Shown here: positions 51,731 through 64,000 of the stretch, one piece after another
How the letters are laid out: each line of letters starts with the position of its first letter
Position numbering within the stretch: position 1 is the first letter of the stretch
Origin: Malacoraja senta
Lineage: Eukaryota
Length of the DNA stretch: 64,000 bases
Assembly: GCA_038087875.1 (NCBI GenBank)
Contig: CM075988.1
Span: 22,880,001-22,944,000 of the forward strand
Reading direction: 5' to 3'
Made by a program: the position numbers and the translations under genes
Notes under the pieces: generated by a model
Database searches by the model: none
What the model was told of the DNA's origin: nothing
The model's input: only the letters and a program-made list of their open reading frames with translations

Positions 51731-52763
51731 ATAGATACATAGATACATAGAAAATAGTTGCAGGAGTAGGCCATTCGGCCCTTCGAGCCTGCACCGCCAT
51801 TCAATATGATCATGGCTGATCATCCAACTCAGTATCCCGTACCTGCCTTCTCTCCATACCCCCTGATCCCTTTAGCCACAAGGGCCACATCTAACTCCCT
51901 CTTAAATATAGCCAATGAACTGGCCTCAACTACCCTCTGTGGCAGAGAGTTCCAGAGATTCACCACTCTCTGTGTGAAAACGTTTTTCCTCATCTCGGTC
52001 TTAAAGGATTTCCCCCTTATCCTTAAGCTGTGACCCCTTGTCCTGGACTTCCCCAACATCGGGAACAATCTTCCTGCATCTAGCCTGTCCAACCCCATAA
52101 GAATTTTGTACGTTTCTATAAGATCCCCTCTCAATCTCCTAAATTCTAGCGAGTATAAGCCAAGTCTATCCAGTCTTTCTTCATATGAAAGTCCTGACAT
52201 CCCAGGAATCCGTCTGGTGAACCTTCTCTGCACTCCCTCTATGGCTATAATGTCCTTCCTCAGATTTGGAGACCAAAACTGTACGCAATACTCCAGGTGT
52301 GGTCTCACCAAGACCCTGTACAACTGCAGTAGAACCTTCCTGCTCCTATACTCAAATCCTCTTGCTATGAAGGCCAACATACCATTCGCTTTCTTCACTG
52401 CCTGCTGCACCTGCATGCCTACTTTCAATGACTGGTGTACCATGACACCCAGGTCTCGCTGCATCTCCCCATTTCCTAATCGGCCACCATTTAGATAATA
52501 GTCTGCCTTCCCGTTTTTGCCACCAAAGTGGATAACCTCACATTTATCCACATTATACTGCATCTGCCAAACATTTGCCCACTCACCCAGCCTATCCAAG
52601 TCACCTTGCAGACTCCTAGCATCCTCCTCACAGCTAACACTGCCCCCCAGCTTAGTGTCATCCGCAAACTTGGAGATGTTGCTTTCAATTCCCTCGTCCA
52701 GATCATTAATATAAATTGTAAATAGCTGGGGTCCCAGCACTGAGCCTTGCGGTACCCCACTAG
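51731..52763 (-). mobile_element. Young 5'-truncated CR1 LINE inserted into a SINE tail
   Basis: SGVPQGSVLGP...KAGTGY* intact; the SINE resumes at ~52764 (tttccatgctgtatct). Confidence 0.96.
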
Positions 52764-53217
52764 TTTCCATGCTGTATCTTTCAATCAATTCAATACAAAA
52801 TCCAATTTGAAAATTTATGATGAAAGGGAAGGAAAAGGATCCTATCCTATACAGCATTTACCATTCAATCAACCTCATTGCCCTTGCAGTTTGTGCAATA
52901 TGTAAATCGACTCCCTTGTTCCCAGCATTACAACAGCAGCTACACTTGAAAGCTTCTCTATGATCTGTAAAGCACTCTGGAACACATGGATGTTGCCAAT
53001 CTTTGGATGGTCTTCCAAAAATATTTTATAAATGCTCAAAACATCAGACATCTGGTGAAAATAGGATAAAAGAGTATATTTGAAAAAATAAAAATATTAA
53101 ATCTAAATCTAAATTAGTTATATAAATATACATTAAATATAAATAAAAATAAAATATTACTGTGACCTTGTTTAGTATTTACCAGTGCACCCTTTTATGT
53201 CATTTTCTTTTGTACAG

Positions 53218-53368
53218 AAACTCATAGTGCAGTCTTGAGGATAGATAACCTGCAAACCAATTGGGGTAAAGATGGAGGTTCCCTTCATAACTACCTCAAC
53301 CAAATGAGTGACACAGCTAGAGGTGCCTTTGAACAGATAAATAACTCTAAGATCGGCAAGCAGCTTAA
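53218..53368 (+). CDS. APOA1: Apolipoprotein A-I-like gene, second coding exon (ETHSAVLRIDNLQTNWG...NNSKIGKQLN)
   Basis: tgtacag acceptor, gtaagt donor, phase 1 to 2; ends GKQLN like APOA1 SALGKQLN. Confidence 0.85.
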
Positions 53369-54341
53369 GTAAGTGCTGATATTCCATCAAATCATTTGGT
53401 TATTTTATAAAATAGCAATGAAGATAAAAAAAGTAGAGGTTATTCTACTGAAGATAGACACAAAGTGCTGTTGTAACTCAGCGGGTCAGGCAACATCGCT
53501 GGTGACATTTCAGGTCGGGACCAGAAGAAGAGTCCCAACCCGAAATGTCACCCATCCTTTTTCTCCAGAGGTGCTGCCTGACCCGCTGTTTTACTCCAGC
53601 ACTTTGGGTCTATCTTCGGTATAATCCAACATCTGCAGTTCCTTTCTACACAGAGGTTATTCTACTGTTATGTGAGATCCTACCAGATCAGTGACCTACA
53701 TGTCCTGTCTTTTTCTCAACCTTGGAGATCAAAGATCTAAAATTGATTATTGACTGAGCGATTGCTGTTTTCTATATTACCATTGCCCTCTGTTCATGGA
53801 AATATTTCCCAACTTAATTTGTTCTGTAATTTATAGACTTTGCACTTTGCCCGAGAATCTCCAATCAGCATGTCATCTTGTTGGTTCTCTTTACTCTGAA
53901 ACCTGTTTAGTTTAGTTTAGAGATACAGCGTGGAAATAGGCCCTTCGGCCTACCGAGTCCGTGCCGACCAACGATCCTCGTACACTAACACCATCCTACA
54001 CACCAGTGAGAATTTACTATTTAACCAAGCCAATTAGCCTACAAACCTGTACGTCTTACATGAAGTATTTTTTATTAATGTACAGTATAGTACTGCAATG
54101 GAATTGACTCTTTGGCCCACAATGTCCGTACCAAACATGAGGCCTGGTTAAATTAATTTAATCTGCCTGAACATGATTCATATCCCTCAATATCCATGTG
54201 CCTATCCAAAAGCCTCTTAAAAAGCACTATTGTATCTACTTCTGCCACTATCCGAGGTAGCGCATTCCATGCACCTAGCAATCTCTGTGTAAAAAAAACA
54301 TTCTCCGCATATCTAACTGTTAATCTTTGTTTCCTATGTAG

Positions 54342-54876
54342 CCTCAGGATTTCAGAGAACTTGGAGAACCTCGGTGTCTATGTTGCGGAGCTGCAGAAGA
54401 TGGTAACTCCTCTATCGGAGGATATTCATGAGAGATTCCAGACAGACAGCGCAAAGCTCGAGGAGAATTTTCGGGAGGGCTTGAAAGAGTTCAGAGCCAA
54501 AGTCCTTCAGTACACTGAAGGTCTCCACCACAAAGTCAACCATAACGTTGAAGAGTACTGTATCATGCTAGGTCCTCTAGCTGACGATCTTAAGGAGAAT
54601 GCCAAGGGATTCCAGCAAAAGTTGACCCCGTTAGCTGAAGGGCTCCAGGAGAAGATGAGGACCAACATTGAAGACTTTAACAAGAATGTAAGCCCATATG
54701 CTGAATCAGTTCATGAGATGGTCAACCAGCAACTGGAAACCTTGCAACAGAATACTTCTCCTTACACCAGGAAATTCAAAGAACTGTTCTATGAATGCTT
54801 TCAACATTTGAGAGTGAGATTCACCCATTTAAACCCAGACATGCAGGAGTGTCTCACTCACAAGTTGAAAACTTAG
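54342..54876 (+). CDS. APOA1: Apolipoprotein A-I/A-IV-family last exon with Pro-punctuated amphipathic helical repeats; possibly truncated or decaying
   Basis: tag acceptor in phase 2 (N|LRISEN); repeats such as TPLSEDIHERFQTDSAKL, TPLAEGLQEKMRTNIEDF, SPYAESVHEMVNQQLETL; same strand as and adjacent to SIK3, as for mammalian APOA1; AATAAA at 55311. A-I versus A-IV assignment is not certain. Confidence 0.8.
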
Positions 54877-57839
54877 AAAGCAGTTCAATGTCTTGATGGA
54901 ATGCATTTTGTCAAAAGTTTAGTTGAAGACAGACGAAAAATGCGTGTAACTAAAATGGTTCTTTAGGTCAACTGCTTTTGGTCTTGTGTTGCATCACTTC
55001 CCTTCCAATGTTTACATTAATACAATGATGTCGATTTTATTTATTCACTGAAACAAGACACAAAAGTACTGTCTTAACAAACCTGTCCTTTTAAGATAAA
55101 TGTAACATGGAATGTTCATATTTCTGTGAAAGCTGTTGTCACAAAGAACATTTACATTGGCTATTACAAACTATCTGGGTGTTGGAGGAATGATTTTATA
55201 AATATGCCATGACTTTAAAAAGTCCACAATTGTAAGTTACCATATGATGGCCATCCTGAACACTCTTTGCCATTTGATTTACAGCCACATTAATGTGATT
55301 TAATGCACAAAATAAAGTTGAAAAGGGGTTTCAGTAGCTTTGCTTAACTGCAGACTTCATTGACAATTATCCGCAACATGTCCATGTGGATATCATTTCA
55401 TCTGAACTCAACTGATCAATACTCGGTATCTGCTCATCCCACTTTATCCACTTGCAATCAGAAACAGGAACGTTTTATACTGTGATAGGCACAAAGTGCC
55501 GGAGTAACTCAGCGGGTCAGGCAGCATCTCTGAAGGAAAAGGATGGGTGACGTTTTGGGTCGAGACCATTTCTCCAGATACCTTCCCTAGATTTCGACCC
55601 AAAATGTCACCTATCCTATATCTCCAGAGATGCTGCCTGACACGCTGAGTTACTCCAGCAATTTGTGTCCATGTTGCAGGCCAAAATGTCGGTATAGACC
55701 AGCAAATGCAGTTCCTCCCTATTTAAGTTTATACTATGAACTTGGAGGCACAGCGGTGCAGCTGGTAGAGCTACTGCCTCACAGGGATCCAGGTTCCATC
55801 ATGACCTTGGTTGCTGTCTGTACGGAGTTTGCATGTTCTCCCTGTGACCACATGGGTTTTCTCCAGGTGTTCCAGTTTCCTCCCACGTCCCGAAGACATG
55901 TGGGATTGTTGGTTAATTGGCCTGAAAATGGGATAATATTGAACAAGTGATAGATGGTCGGTGTGGACTCGGTGGGCCGAAGGACCTTTTTCCGTGCAGT
56001 ATCTTTGAACTAACAAAAAAAAATGGCAGAGAAATGATAGAGATAATATTTTGGTTCTGTCTTCATGGAAGGGAACACAAATAACATCCCACAGAAATAC
56101 TACAGAACCAAAAGACTAATGAAAAGGAAGACGGAAAGGGAATTAGTCTGATTGATAAAAAAGTAACGCTGGATAAAACGTTGGTAAATCCTGGGGCCTG
56201 ATGATCTACATCCAGGCTATTTAAAGAGAGAAGCATTGAATAAAGTGGACACATTTGTTATCATCTTTCAAATGTTTATAGATTATGGAATATTTGCTGC
56301 TGATTGGAAGGCGGTAAATATATAACAGGAGGGAGAGAGAAAACCGGGAACTGCAGCCCATTAGCGCGACATAATTAGGAAGGGAAAATAAAATGTTCAG
56401 AGGGTATTAACAGGATTAGACGATGTCAGGGTGGATTTATGAAAGATGAATTACAGTATGTTTGACTAACTAGCGAGGGCTTTGGGTATGTAACAGAAGA
56501 GATGAAGGTGAAGCAGTGGTTATGCTACATGTGGATTTCCAGAAGGCCTTTGCTTGTGTCCCATGTAAGAGATTGGTGTGCAAATGTAAAGCACATGGGA
56601 TTGAGGGGGGGTGGGGGGGGGGGTGGGGGAGAATTAGCACAGTTCCCTTTGGTAGAAATGTTGAGTATGTTTTAATTTTGATAGACTGGGAAATGTTGCG
56701 GTACAAAGAGACCTGGCTGTCCTTGTAGCCCAGTCACTGAAAGCCAACACGCAGGAGGAGAAGGCAAGAAGAGGTCAATGAGTACGTTTGCCATCATTGC
56801 CAAATGTTGTGAGGCGAAGGGCAAGAATGACGAGGGACAATTTGGAGAAGCCAATTAACCGACAAACCTGTACGTCTTTGGAATGTGGGAGGAAACTGGA
56901 GCACCTGGAGAAAACCCACATGGTCACAGGAAGAATGTACAAGCTCCGTGCAGACAGCACCCGTAGTCGGGATCGAACCGGGGTCTCTGGCGCTATACCG
57001 CCCTGCCACCATTTGGTACGCTTTGTTTCTATTCACTGATTTTAAAATGTAGCTAAATAGTTTAAATGAGGTACCTTCATAACCCTAGGTTTATTTTTAC
57101 AAATGAATGTGAATGTGAATTTCAAATATTAACAGAAATCTGTTTTTCTTCGTAGCCCTTTCTCATGAACACAAGGGCATGTTTTTTTTTAATCATTTGC
57201 AAAATAGTTGCCAATATTTATTTTACTGCAGTTGCATTTTATTTTGACCATGATGTAAGCGTTTGTATTGGAACCGTTCCCTCGATCTCGTGGTTGGAAG
57301 GGTTGAGGATCAGGGACACGTGGCTGGAGGCATTTTGGTGGGTGTAAGGTCCAGCAGCGGGGAGAAATCAACTGCAAGGCAGAAACAAGGTGGAGGCCGG
57401 CACACAACGCAAAATCCAGAAACCTCAGAAGCACATGTGTCAGTCTGGAATCACGGAGGAACCAGTGTTTGGCTGAAAATCCTGCCAAACCTCTTTGTCA
57501 GTCACACCCACAGGAGACAAAGATCACAGTGAATAGAAGTTAGCATTTGAGCAGGAAGCAGAGAGAAACGGAGCGGGTTTATGTTATAGGTAGACAAAAA
57601 TGCTGGAGAAACTCAGCGGGTGAGGCAGCATCTATGGAGCGAAGGAAATAGGCAATGTTTCGGATCGAAACCCTTCTTCAGACTTTGACCCGAAATGTTG
57701 CCTATTTCCTTCGCTCCATAGATGCTGCTGCACCCGCTGAGTTTCTCCAGCATTTTTGTCTACCTTTGATTTTCCAGCATCTGCAGTTCCTTCTTAAACA
57801 AGGGTTTATGTTATAGTCCAGTGTTTAGAAACTGGACTA

Positions 57840-59640
57840 TAATTCTTGGTGGGCAGAAAGTTTCTATTGATATTTGCCTTAGCAGCATTCTGCAGCACCT
57901 GGCATCTTCTTTACACTAATAATGGTGATTTTATCAAATGGGACCAACCACTGGTTTCACACGTGTTCCATGAAGATGACTCCTGGGGTGATGTGGAAGA
58001 TGGGAATATATGCCAGTTCAGTTCCACACAAACACTGCATCTTTAATTTAGCTTATTGGTGATGATAGAATTCAATCACAGGCCTTCAGTGAAGCAAGGT
58101 GACGTCTCCTCTGTCACATCCAGTAAATCCAGGACCTTGGTTTGGGGCCAGACTACATTCAGTATCCAATCATCCCCTGAATTGTGCCCCTTTCATTAGT
58201 TGGCCAAACGCAGAACGAAGGCAACAGTGTGATGGAGAGGATCCCACCTTGTCAACTCTTGATGGCTGCCAGTAAGGATAAGTATAGATGGGTCTGGAAA
58301 AAATCAGTAATGGAGGAAGAAACCTTGGTTGGGTTGATTTTGAAGTAATTGAGGAGTGTCGGCTGGCAAATGAGGTTGAGATTCACAAGCGCTGATGTGA
58401 CCCAGTCGGATCCATTGATGGAGAAATCAAATGAGATACCTTCAGTTGTGCTCCAGCACCCACCTTACTAACGCTCATTTCTCAACATGCAGGTGAGACC
58501 TTAGACGCTTTGAGGGTCTTTCAAGGGGAATGTCTCGTCAGTGAGAATGATGGCATTAGTTGTGAACTAGAGTCTGGAGACTGGAGGTGTGGCAACAGTT
58601 GTACTCAAGTCTAGGAATGGATCTTAGGTGTATCTGAGTCCTGGAACGTTCAAGATACAATTGAGACACAGAATGACCATCTCTCTGTTACAAACATGCT
58701 TTGACCTTTTGTATGTGTTCCACAAGCCCAGAGATTAGAACACGACCAGGCATTTTACAAAGTATGGTTTCGTCAAAATTGACTTTTATTCCTTGCTTAT
58801 ATTACTTGGCAAAATCAGGTGGGTGGATTCAACTGTGTAGGAAGGAACTGCAGATGCTGGTTTAAACCAAAGATAGACAAAAAAAGCTGGAGTAAGTCAG
58901 CGGGTCAGACAGCATCTCTGGAGAGAAGGAATGGGTGACGTTTTGGGTCAAGACCTTTCTTCAGACTGAGTTACGCCAACTTTTTGTGTCAATTTCCCGC
59001 AAATGTTTGCTGGACACAAACACTGAAAAATGTTTATCCTTGACTCCAGCCTGACGCACGCTAGGAAAGATGGAATTTGCACTGGTTGGCCATCTCTTAT
59101 CAGATGTGGGAGATAACGTCCAGCTATTAAACAGCTGGGATCTGAGCCCCAGACACAAGACCGGCAGAGAGTCAATAGCAAGCAGGTAAGAGGATTTTTT
59201 TCTACTGAAGAAGGGTTTCGGCCCGAAACGTTGCCTATTTCCTTCGCTCCATAGATGCTGCTGCACCCGCTGAGTTTCTCCAGCACTTTTGTCTACCTTC
59301 GATTTTCCAGCATCTGCATTTCCTTCTTAAACAAAGTTTTGTTTCTGCTTGAGGCTGCACGGGAAGAAGACTGGTAAAGTAGGAACTTTTTGTTCAGTGA
59401 TATTTCTGATATTCAGCACCCCAAATGTCCTGATTACCAGAATATTTCTCAAACTGAGTGTGCTGGGTGTCACCAGCTCACATTGACCGGGACACACTGG
59501 GACCAGTCCCAGACAAGGTTGAGTCAGTTCGTCCAAGTGGGTGCAATGATAAGGACTCTTCTAACATCGTCAACACCTCTGAGAAAGATAGAGAACACAC
59601 AGAGGTTTTCCATTCCTGGCTGTTGTAAAGATCCCGAGGT
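57840..59640 (-). mobile_element. Possible heavily degenerate DIRS-like (tyrosine-recombinase) retrotransposon
   Basis: Broken minus-strand peptides RVLIIAPTW, INPTKVSSSITDFFQ...LAAI, QLMKGA, FLPTK, in the order recalled for DIRS MT and YR domains; many stops. Confidence 0.35.
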
Positions 59641-60063
59641 CTGAATGTGATAAGTTTGCAGATCCTGAAGCTAATGTTGAAGATACTGGGAAGGCACAGT
59701 GGCAAAGCGACTGCCTTACAGTGCCCGACACCCTGGTTCAGGTGACTATGGGTGCTGTCTGTACGGAGTTTGTACGTTCTCCCTGTGACCGTGTGGGTTT
59801 TTTCCGGGTGTTCCGGTTTCCAAAGACGTGCGAGGTTGTATGTTAATTGGCTTCGGTAAATTGTCGCTAGTGTGGAGGATAGAACTAGTGTTTGGGTGAT
59901 TGTTGGTCAGCACGGACTCCGTGGGCCGAAAGGTCTGTTTTGCACATGCCGACTAAGATGTCCCATCTACACTAGTCCCACCTGCCTGCCTTTGTCCCAT
60001 ATCCCTCGAAACCTTTCCTATCCATGTGCCTGTCTAAATGTTGTTAAAGTACCTGCTTCAACT

Positions 60064-60712
60064 TTGGCCTTCATAGCAAGAGGATTTGAGTATAGGAGCA
60101 GGGAGGTTCTACTGCAGTTGTACAGGGTCTTGGTGAGACCACACCTGGAGTATTGCGTACAGTTTTGGTCTCCAAATCTGAGGAAGGACATTATAGCCAT
60201 AGAGGGAGTGCAGAGAAGGTTCACCAGACTGATTCCTGGGATGTCAGGACTTTCATATGAAGAAAGACTGGATAGACTTGGCTTATACTCGCTAGAATTT
60301 AGGAGATTGAGAGGGGATCTTATAGAAACGTACAAAATTCTTATGGGGTTGGACAGGCTAGATGCAGGAAGATTGTTCCCGATGTTGGGGAAGTCCAGGA
60401 CAAGGGGTCACAGCTTAAGGATAAGGGGGAAATCCTTTAAGACCGAGATGAGGAAAAACTTTTTCACACAGAGAGTGGTGAATCTCTGGAACTCTCTGCC
60501 ACAGAGGGTAGTTGAGGCCAGTTCATTGGCTATATTTAAGAGGGAGTTAGATGTGGCACTTGTGGCTAAAGGGATCAGAGGGTATGGAGAGAAGGCAGGT
60601 ACGGGATACTGAGTTGGATGATCAGCCATGATCATATTGAATGGCGGTGCAGGCTCGAAGGGCCAAATGGCCTACTCCTGCACCTATTTTCTATGTTTCT
60701 ATGTTTCTATGT
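60064..60712 (+). mobile_element. Young 5'-truncated CR1 LINE inserted in an older CR1 remnant
   Basis: LAFIARGFEYRS...KAGTGY*; (ttctatgt)n tail; aact on both sides. Confidence 0.95.
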
Positions 60713-61239
60713 TCTAACTACCTCCTCTGGCTGTTCATTCCATAAACCTACCTCCTTTAATGTAAAAAATGACGCCCTTCTGCTTTCTAGTAAATGTTCC
60801 TGTCTCACCTTAAACCTATGTCCTCTGGTTCTTCATTCCCCTAACCTGGATAAAAGGCTTTGCATTTACGCTATCTATTCCCCTCATGATGAAGGACAAA
60901 GGCTGAGTTTTTAAAGACAGGTATTAGGAAGATTGAAGGGAAAGGTTGTCGAAGCTTCAATGTGTTGAGAAATCAATATGGGATAAGTTAAAAGGTGAGT
61001 GGTAAAGAGAACATTAAAAATGATAATTTGAGGAAATGAACCCAAGGAAAGTGGAAAAAATGGTTTATTGTTTGTCCGAGTCTTAGAGCATCGCTAATTA
61101 CTCGCGCTCGACTCCAGAAATAAACTTCAAGATTTAAATACCAACCTTTTTGGTAATGAATTGTGTACTCAATGAACGGTAATGTTTATATCCATTGATT
61201 TCTGCAGCCTTTACAGAGAGTTGAGGACCTGACACCATC

Positions 61240-61282
61240 ATGAAGATATTCACTGTTGCTTTGGTGCTCTTGCTGGTTACAG
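61240..61282 (+). CDS. Second exchangeable-apolipoprotein-like gene, signal-peptide exon (MKIFTVALVLLLVT)
   Basis: Upstream acceptor (61207 or 61216), accatcATG, exactly 43 coding nt, phase-1 GT donor. Confidence 0.8.
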
Positions 61283-61833
61283 GTACAGAAGACAAACTCT
61301 TCAAACTAACCTAAACACAATCATGAAAAAGCACACGGAAAAATGTGAACGCACTAAATCGCCAGTATTGGTTGCCCTCATTGTCTTTCAATTTGTAGCA
61401 TCTATTGATGAAGGGAGCAGTTTAGTTTAGTTTAGAGATACAGCGCGGAAACAGGGCCTTCAGCCCACCTTGTCCGCACCGACTAGCGATCCCCGCACAT
61501 TAATACTATCCTACACACATCAGGGACAATTTTACATTCGTTCCAAGCGAATTAACAATTGGTGGCACATCAAGGTGCGGGGGGGCAGGGAACTGCTCAT
61601 CTGATGGTGAGAGAGAGAGAGAGCTCAAGTATTGCCTGAGCAACAGGAAGAACTGCCTTGTTTTTTTCAGACCCTCCTTGGTCTTCTTCACAACCTCCTT
61701 GTTCTTCTGCAGAACAGGGGCAAGGGACCTTCCGTACCCACCTGAAGACACAAGGTTTTTCTTCTCTTCCAAAAGACTATGGCAACAGCCTGGATTCTCG
61801 TGCCTCTCAGTGTTTTCCAATGTTTCTCCACAG

Positions 61834-61987
61834 GATCGCAGGGTGCAGCCATCCCTGCAGATAAGAGTCCGGGGGAAGATTCAACGGAATGGCTGACACC
61901 TTTTTGGGATTTGCAAAAGATCGGGACTGAAATTTTGGTCGTTTCCTGGGAAAAATTATCCAGTTTCCCTTTGTTCAGAGAATTTTC
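61834..61987 (+). CDS. Second apolipoprotein-like gene, next exon (GSQGAAIPADKSPGEDSTEWLTPFWDLQKIGTEILVVSWEKLSSFPLFREFS); last exon not found in the window
   Basis: ttctccacag acceptor, gtaagt donor, phase 1 to 2, G-SQG signal-cleavage context and an amphipathic pattern: the exon structure of the apoA/C/E family. Confidence 0.75.
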
Positions 61988-63236
61988 GTAAGTATTCAAA
62001 GTGATCTGGAACTTGTTGCTTTAACCGACCTCTGGTCTAATCGACAATAGGCAATTGGTGCAGGAGTAGGCTGTTCGGCCCTTCAAGCCAGCACCGCCAT
62101 TCAATGTGATCCTGGCTGATCATCCATAATCAGTACCCCGTTCCTGCTCCCCATATCCCCTGACTACGCTATCTTCAAGAGCCCTATCTAGATCTCCCTT
62201 GAAAGTTTCCAGAGAACCGACCTCCACCACCCTCTGAGGCAGAGAATTCTACAGACTCACAACTCTCTGTGTGAAAAAGTGTTTCCTCATCTCTGTTCTA
62301 AATGGCTTGCCCCTTATTCTTAAACTGTGGCCCCTGGTTCTGGCCTCTGTCACAATATGACCTGACCAAAAATGTTGTTTAATAGCACTGTTGTATAGTT
62401 TATTGTGTTAAGTTAATAATTTTATTAAATGTTTTTGTGAGGTTGGATGTGGAAAAACTAAGGCCAAGGATGAGAGTTCAAAAATAAGGGGTTGTCCAGA
62501 GAAGCCAGAGAGTGGAATGAAATGGAAGTTTACAAAATCATGAGAGGAATAGATCGGGTAGATGCACAGAGTCTATTGCACAGATTAGGGGAATCGAGGA
62601 CCAGAGGACATAGGTTAAAGATGAAGGGGAAAAGATTTAATAGGAATCCGAAGGATGGTGGGTGTACGGAACAAGCTGTCGGAGGAGGTAGTTGAGGCTG
62701 GGACTATCCCATCGTTTAAAAGACAGTTGGACAGGTACATGGATAGGACAGGTTGGGAGGGATATGGACCAAGCGCAGGTAAGTGGGACTAGTGTAGCTG
62801 GGACATTGTTGGCCGGTGTTTGCAAGTTGGACCGAAGGGCCTGTTTCCACACTGTATCACACTACGACTCTATGACTCCAGGAGGAGCGATATCTTCTCT
62901 CAGTGTCCTGAATCACACTTGCGCAAAGGATGATGGATATTTAAAGTTATTGAGTATTTTTAGGGTAACAATTCCTGCATAAAAGTTGTGAAAAGTTATT
63001 TAGGAGGCTGTGAAGGCTTTGGAGAAGGTGCAGAAGAGGTTTAACAGAAGGCTGACACAAAATGCTGGAGAAACTCAGCGGGTGAGGCAGCATCTATGGA
63101 GAGAAGGAATTGGCGACGTTTCGGGTCAAGGCCCATCCTGGATTAGAGAGTAATCTAATGAGGAGAGCTTGGGCCAACATGGATTGGTTTCTCTGGATCT
63201 ACGGAGGCTGAGGGGAGCTGATAAAATTATATAAAA

Positions 63237-63617
63237 CTAGATCAAGTGGGACCCATTGGGTCCAGTCCCCTCAATGATTGGTTACAGAGGGGGGGGGTGG
63301 GGGGGGGCGGCGTCACACACACGCACACACGCACACACGCACACACGCACACACGCACACACGCACACGCACACACGCACACACGCACACACGCACACAC
63401 GCACACACACACACGCACACACACTAACCACCACGCACACACACTAACCACCCCCACACACACACACACACACACGCACACACGCACACACGCACACACG
63501 CACACACGCACACGCGCACACGCGCACACACACACACTAACCACCCCCCACACACATGCGCACGCGCACACACACACACACACTAACCACCCACCCCCCA
63601 CCACACAAGCACACACA
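63237..63617 (-). mobile_element. Helitron-like 3' end with CA/CG microsatellite, inserted in an old CR1
   Basis: Reverse complement ends ggacccaatgggtcccacttgatctag; shares gcggcgtcacac/actaaccac motifs with 34266-34482. Confidence 0.65.
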
Positions 63618-64000
63618 GGAGGGGCAAAGATTAAAGGGGCAAGGTCTTTACACAGAGTGGTGTGTGTCTGGAATGCACTGCAAGGGTGATTGTGGGAGAT
63701 ATTATTATTATTATAGTTATTATTATTGATATGATATTGATGTATAAGAGGCTTTTAGATAGGCACATGAACGAATGTGCAGGAACCGCAGGGATATGGA
63801 TCACATGTAGGCAGAGGAGATTAGTTGAACTTGGCATCCTGTTCAAAGCACACATTTTGGGCCAAAGGGCCTGTTCCTGCACTGTTGCATTGTTCTATGT
63901 TCCCCTTGAACCATTTCATATGTTACTTTAAATAAATAAATAAATAAATTGGTGGAATGTGATGTTCATAACAAGGCTGACTGGGTAGCACGCAACAAAA

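Noticed and set aside
62903..62982. Possible last exon of the second apolipoprotein gene
   Set aside because: An acceptor-like AG is present, but the peptide is not apolipoprotein-like and lies among CR1 debris
63242..63689. His/Thr- and Cys/Val-rich ORFs
   Set aside because: Translations of a CA/CG microsatellite

Overview
Eukaryotic (vertebrate) genomic DNA. The repeat content (CR1, Penelope, Rex1/Babar, Vingi, tRNA-derived SINEs) suggests a cartilaginous fish, probably a skate or ray; this is inference. Positions ~693-40915 hold the 3' half of SIK3 on the + strand: 14 coding exons, all GT-AG, plus a probable separate 3'UTR exon. Downstream, in the arrangement known from the mammalian SIK3-APOA1/C3/A4/A5 locus, lie an apoA-I-like gene (49450-54876) with signs of decay and the first two coding exons of a second, unassigned exchangeable apolipoprotein (61240-61987). 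Transposons dominate the introns and intergenic DNA. The most striking observations are self-cleaving-ribozyme-like folds at retroelement ends. A 136-bp TSD-flanked element begins exactly with a 54-nt CPEB3/HDV-like fold (47899-48034). A 5'-inverted Vingi insertion has its inversion junction exactly at the first G of a second HDV-like fold (42079-42428). Many TSD-flanked fold-back Penelope ends carry minimal hammerhead cores. Apparent frameshifts in SIK3 and the apoA-I-like gene may be real or assembly indel errors. All calls were made by eye; protein comparisons are from memory and no searches were run.
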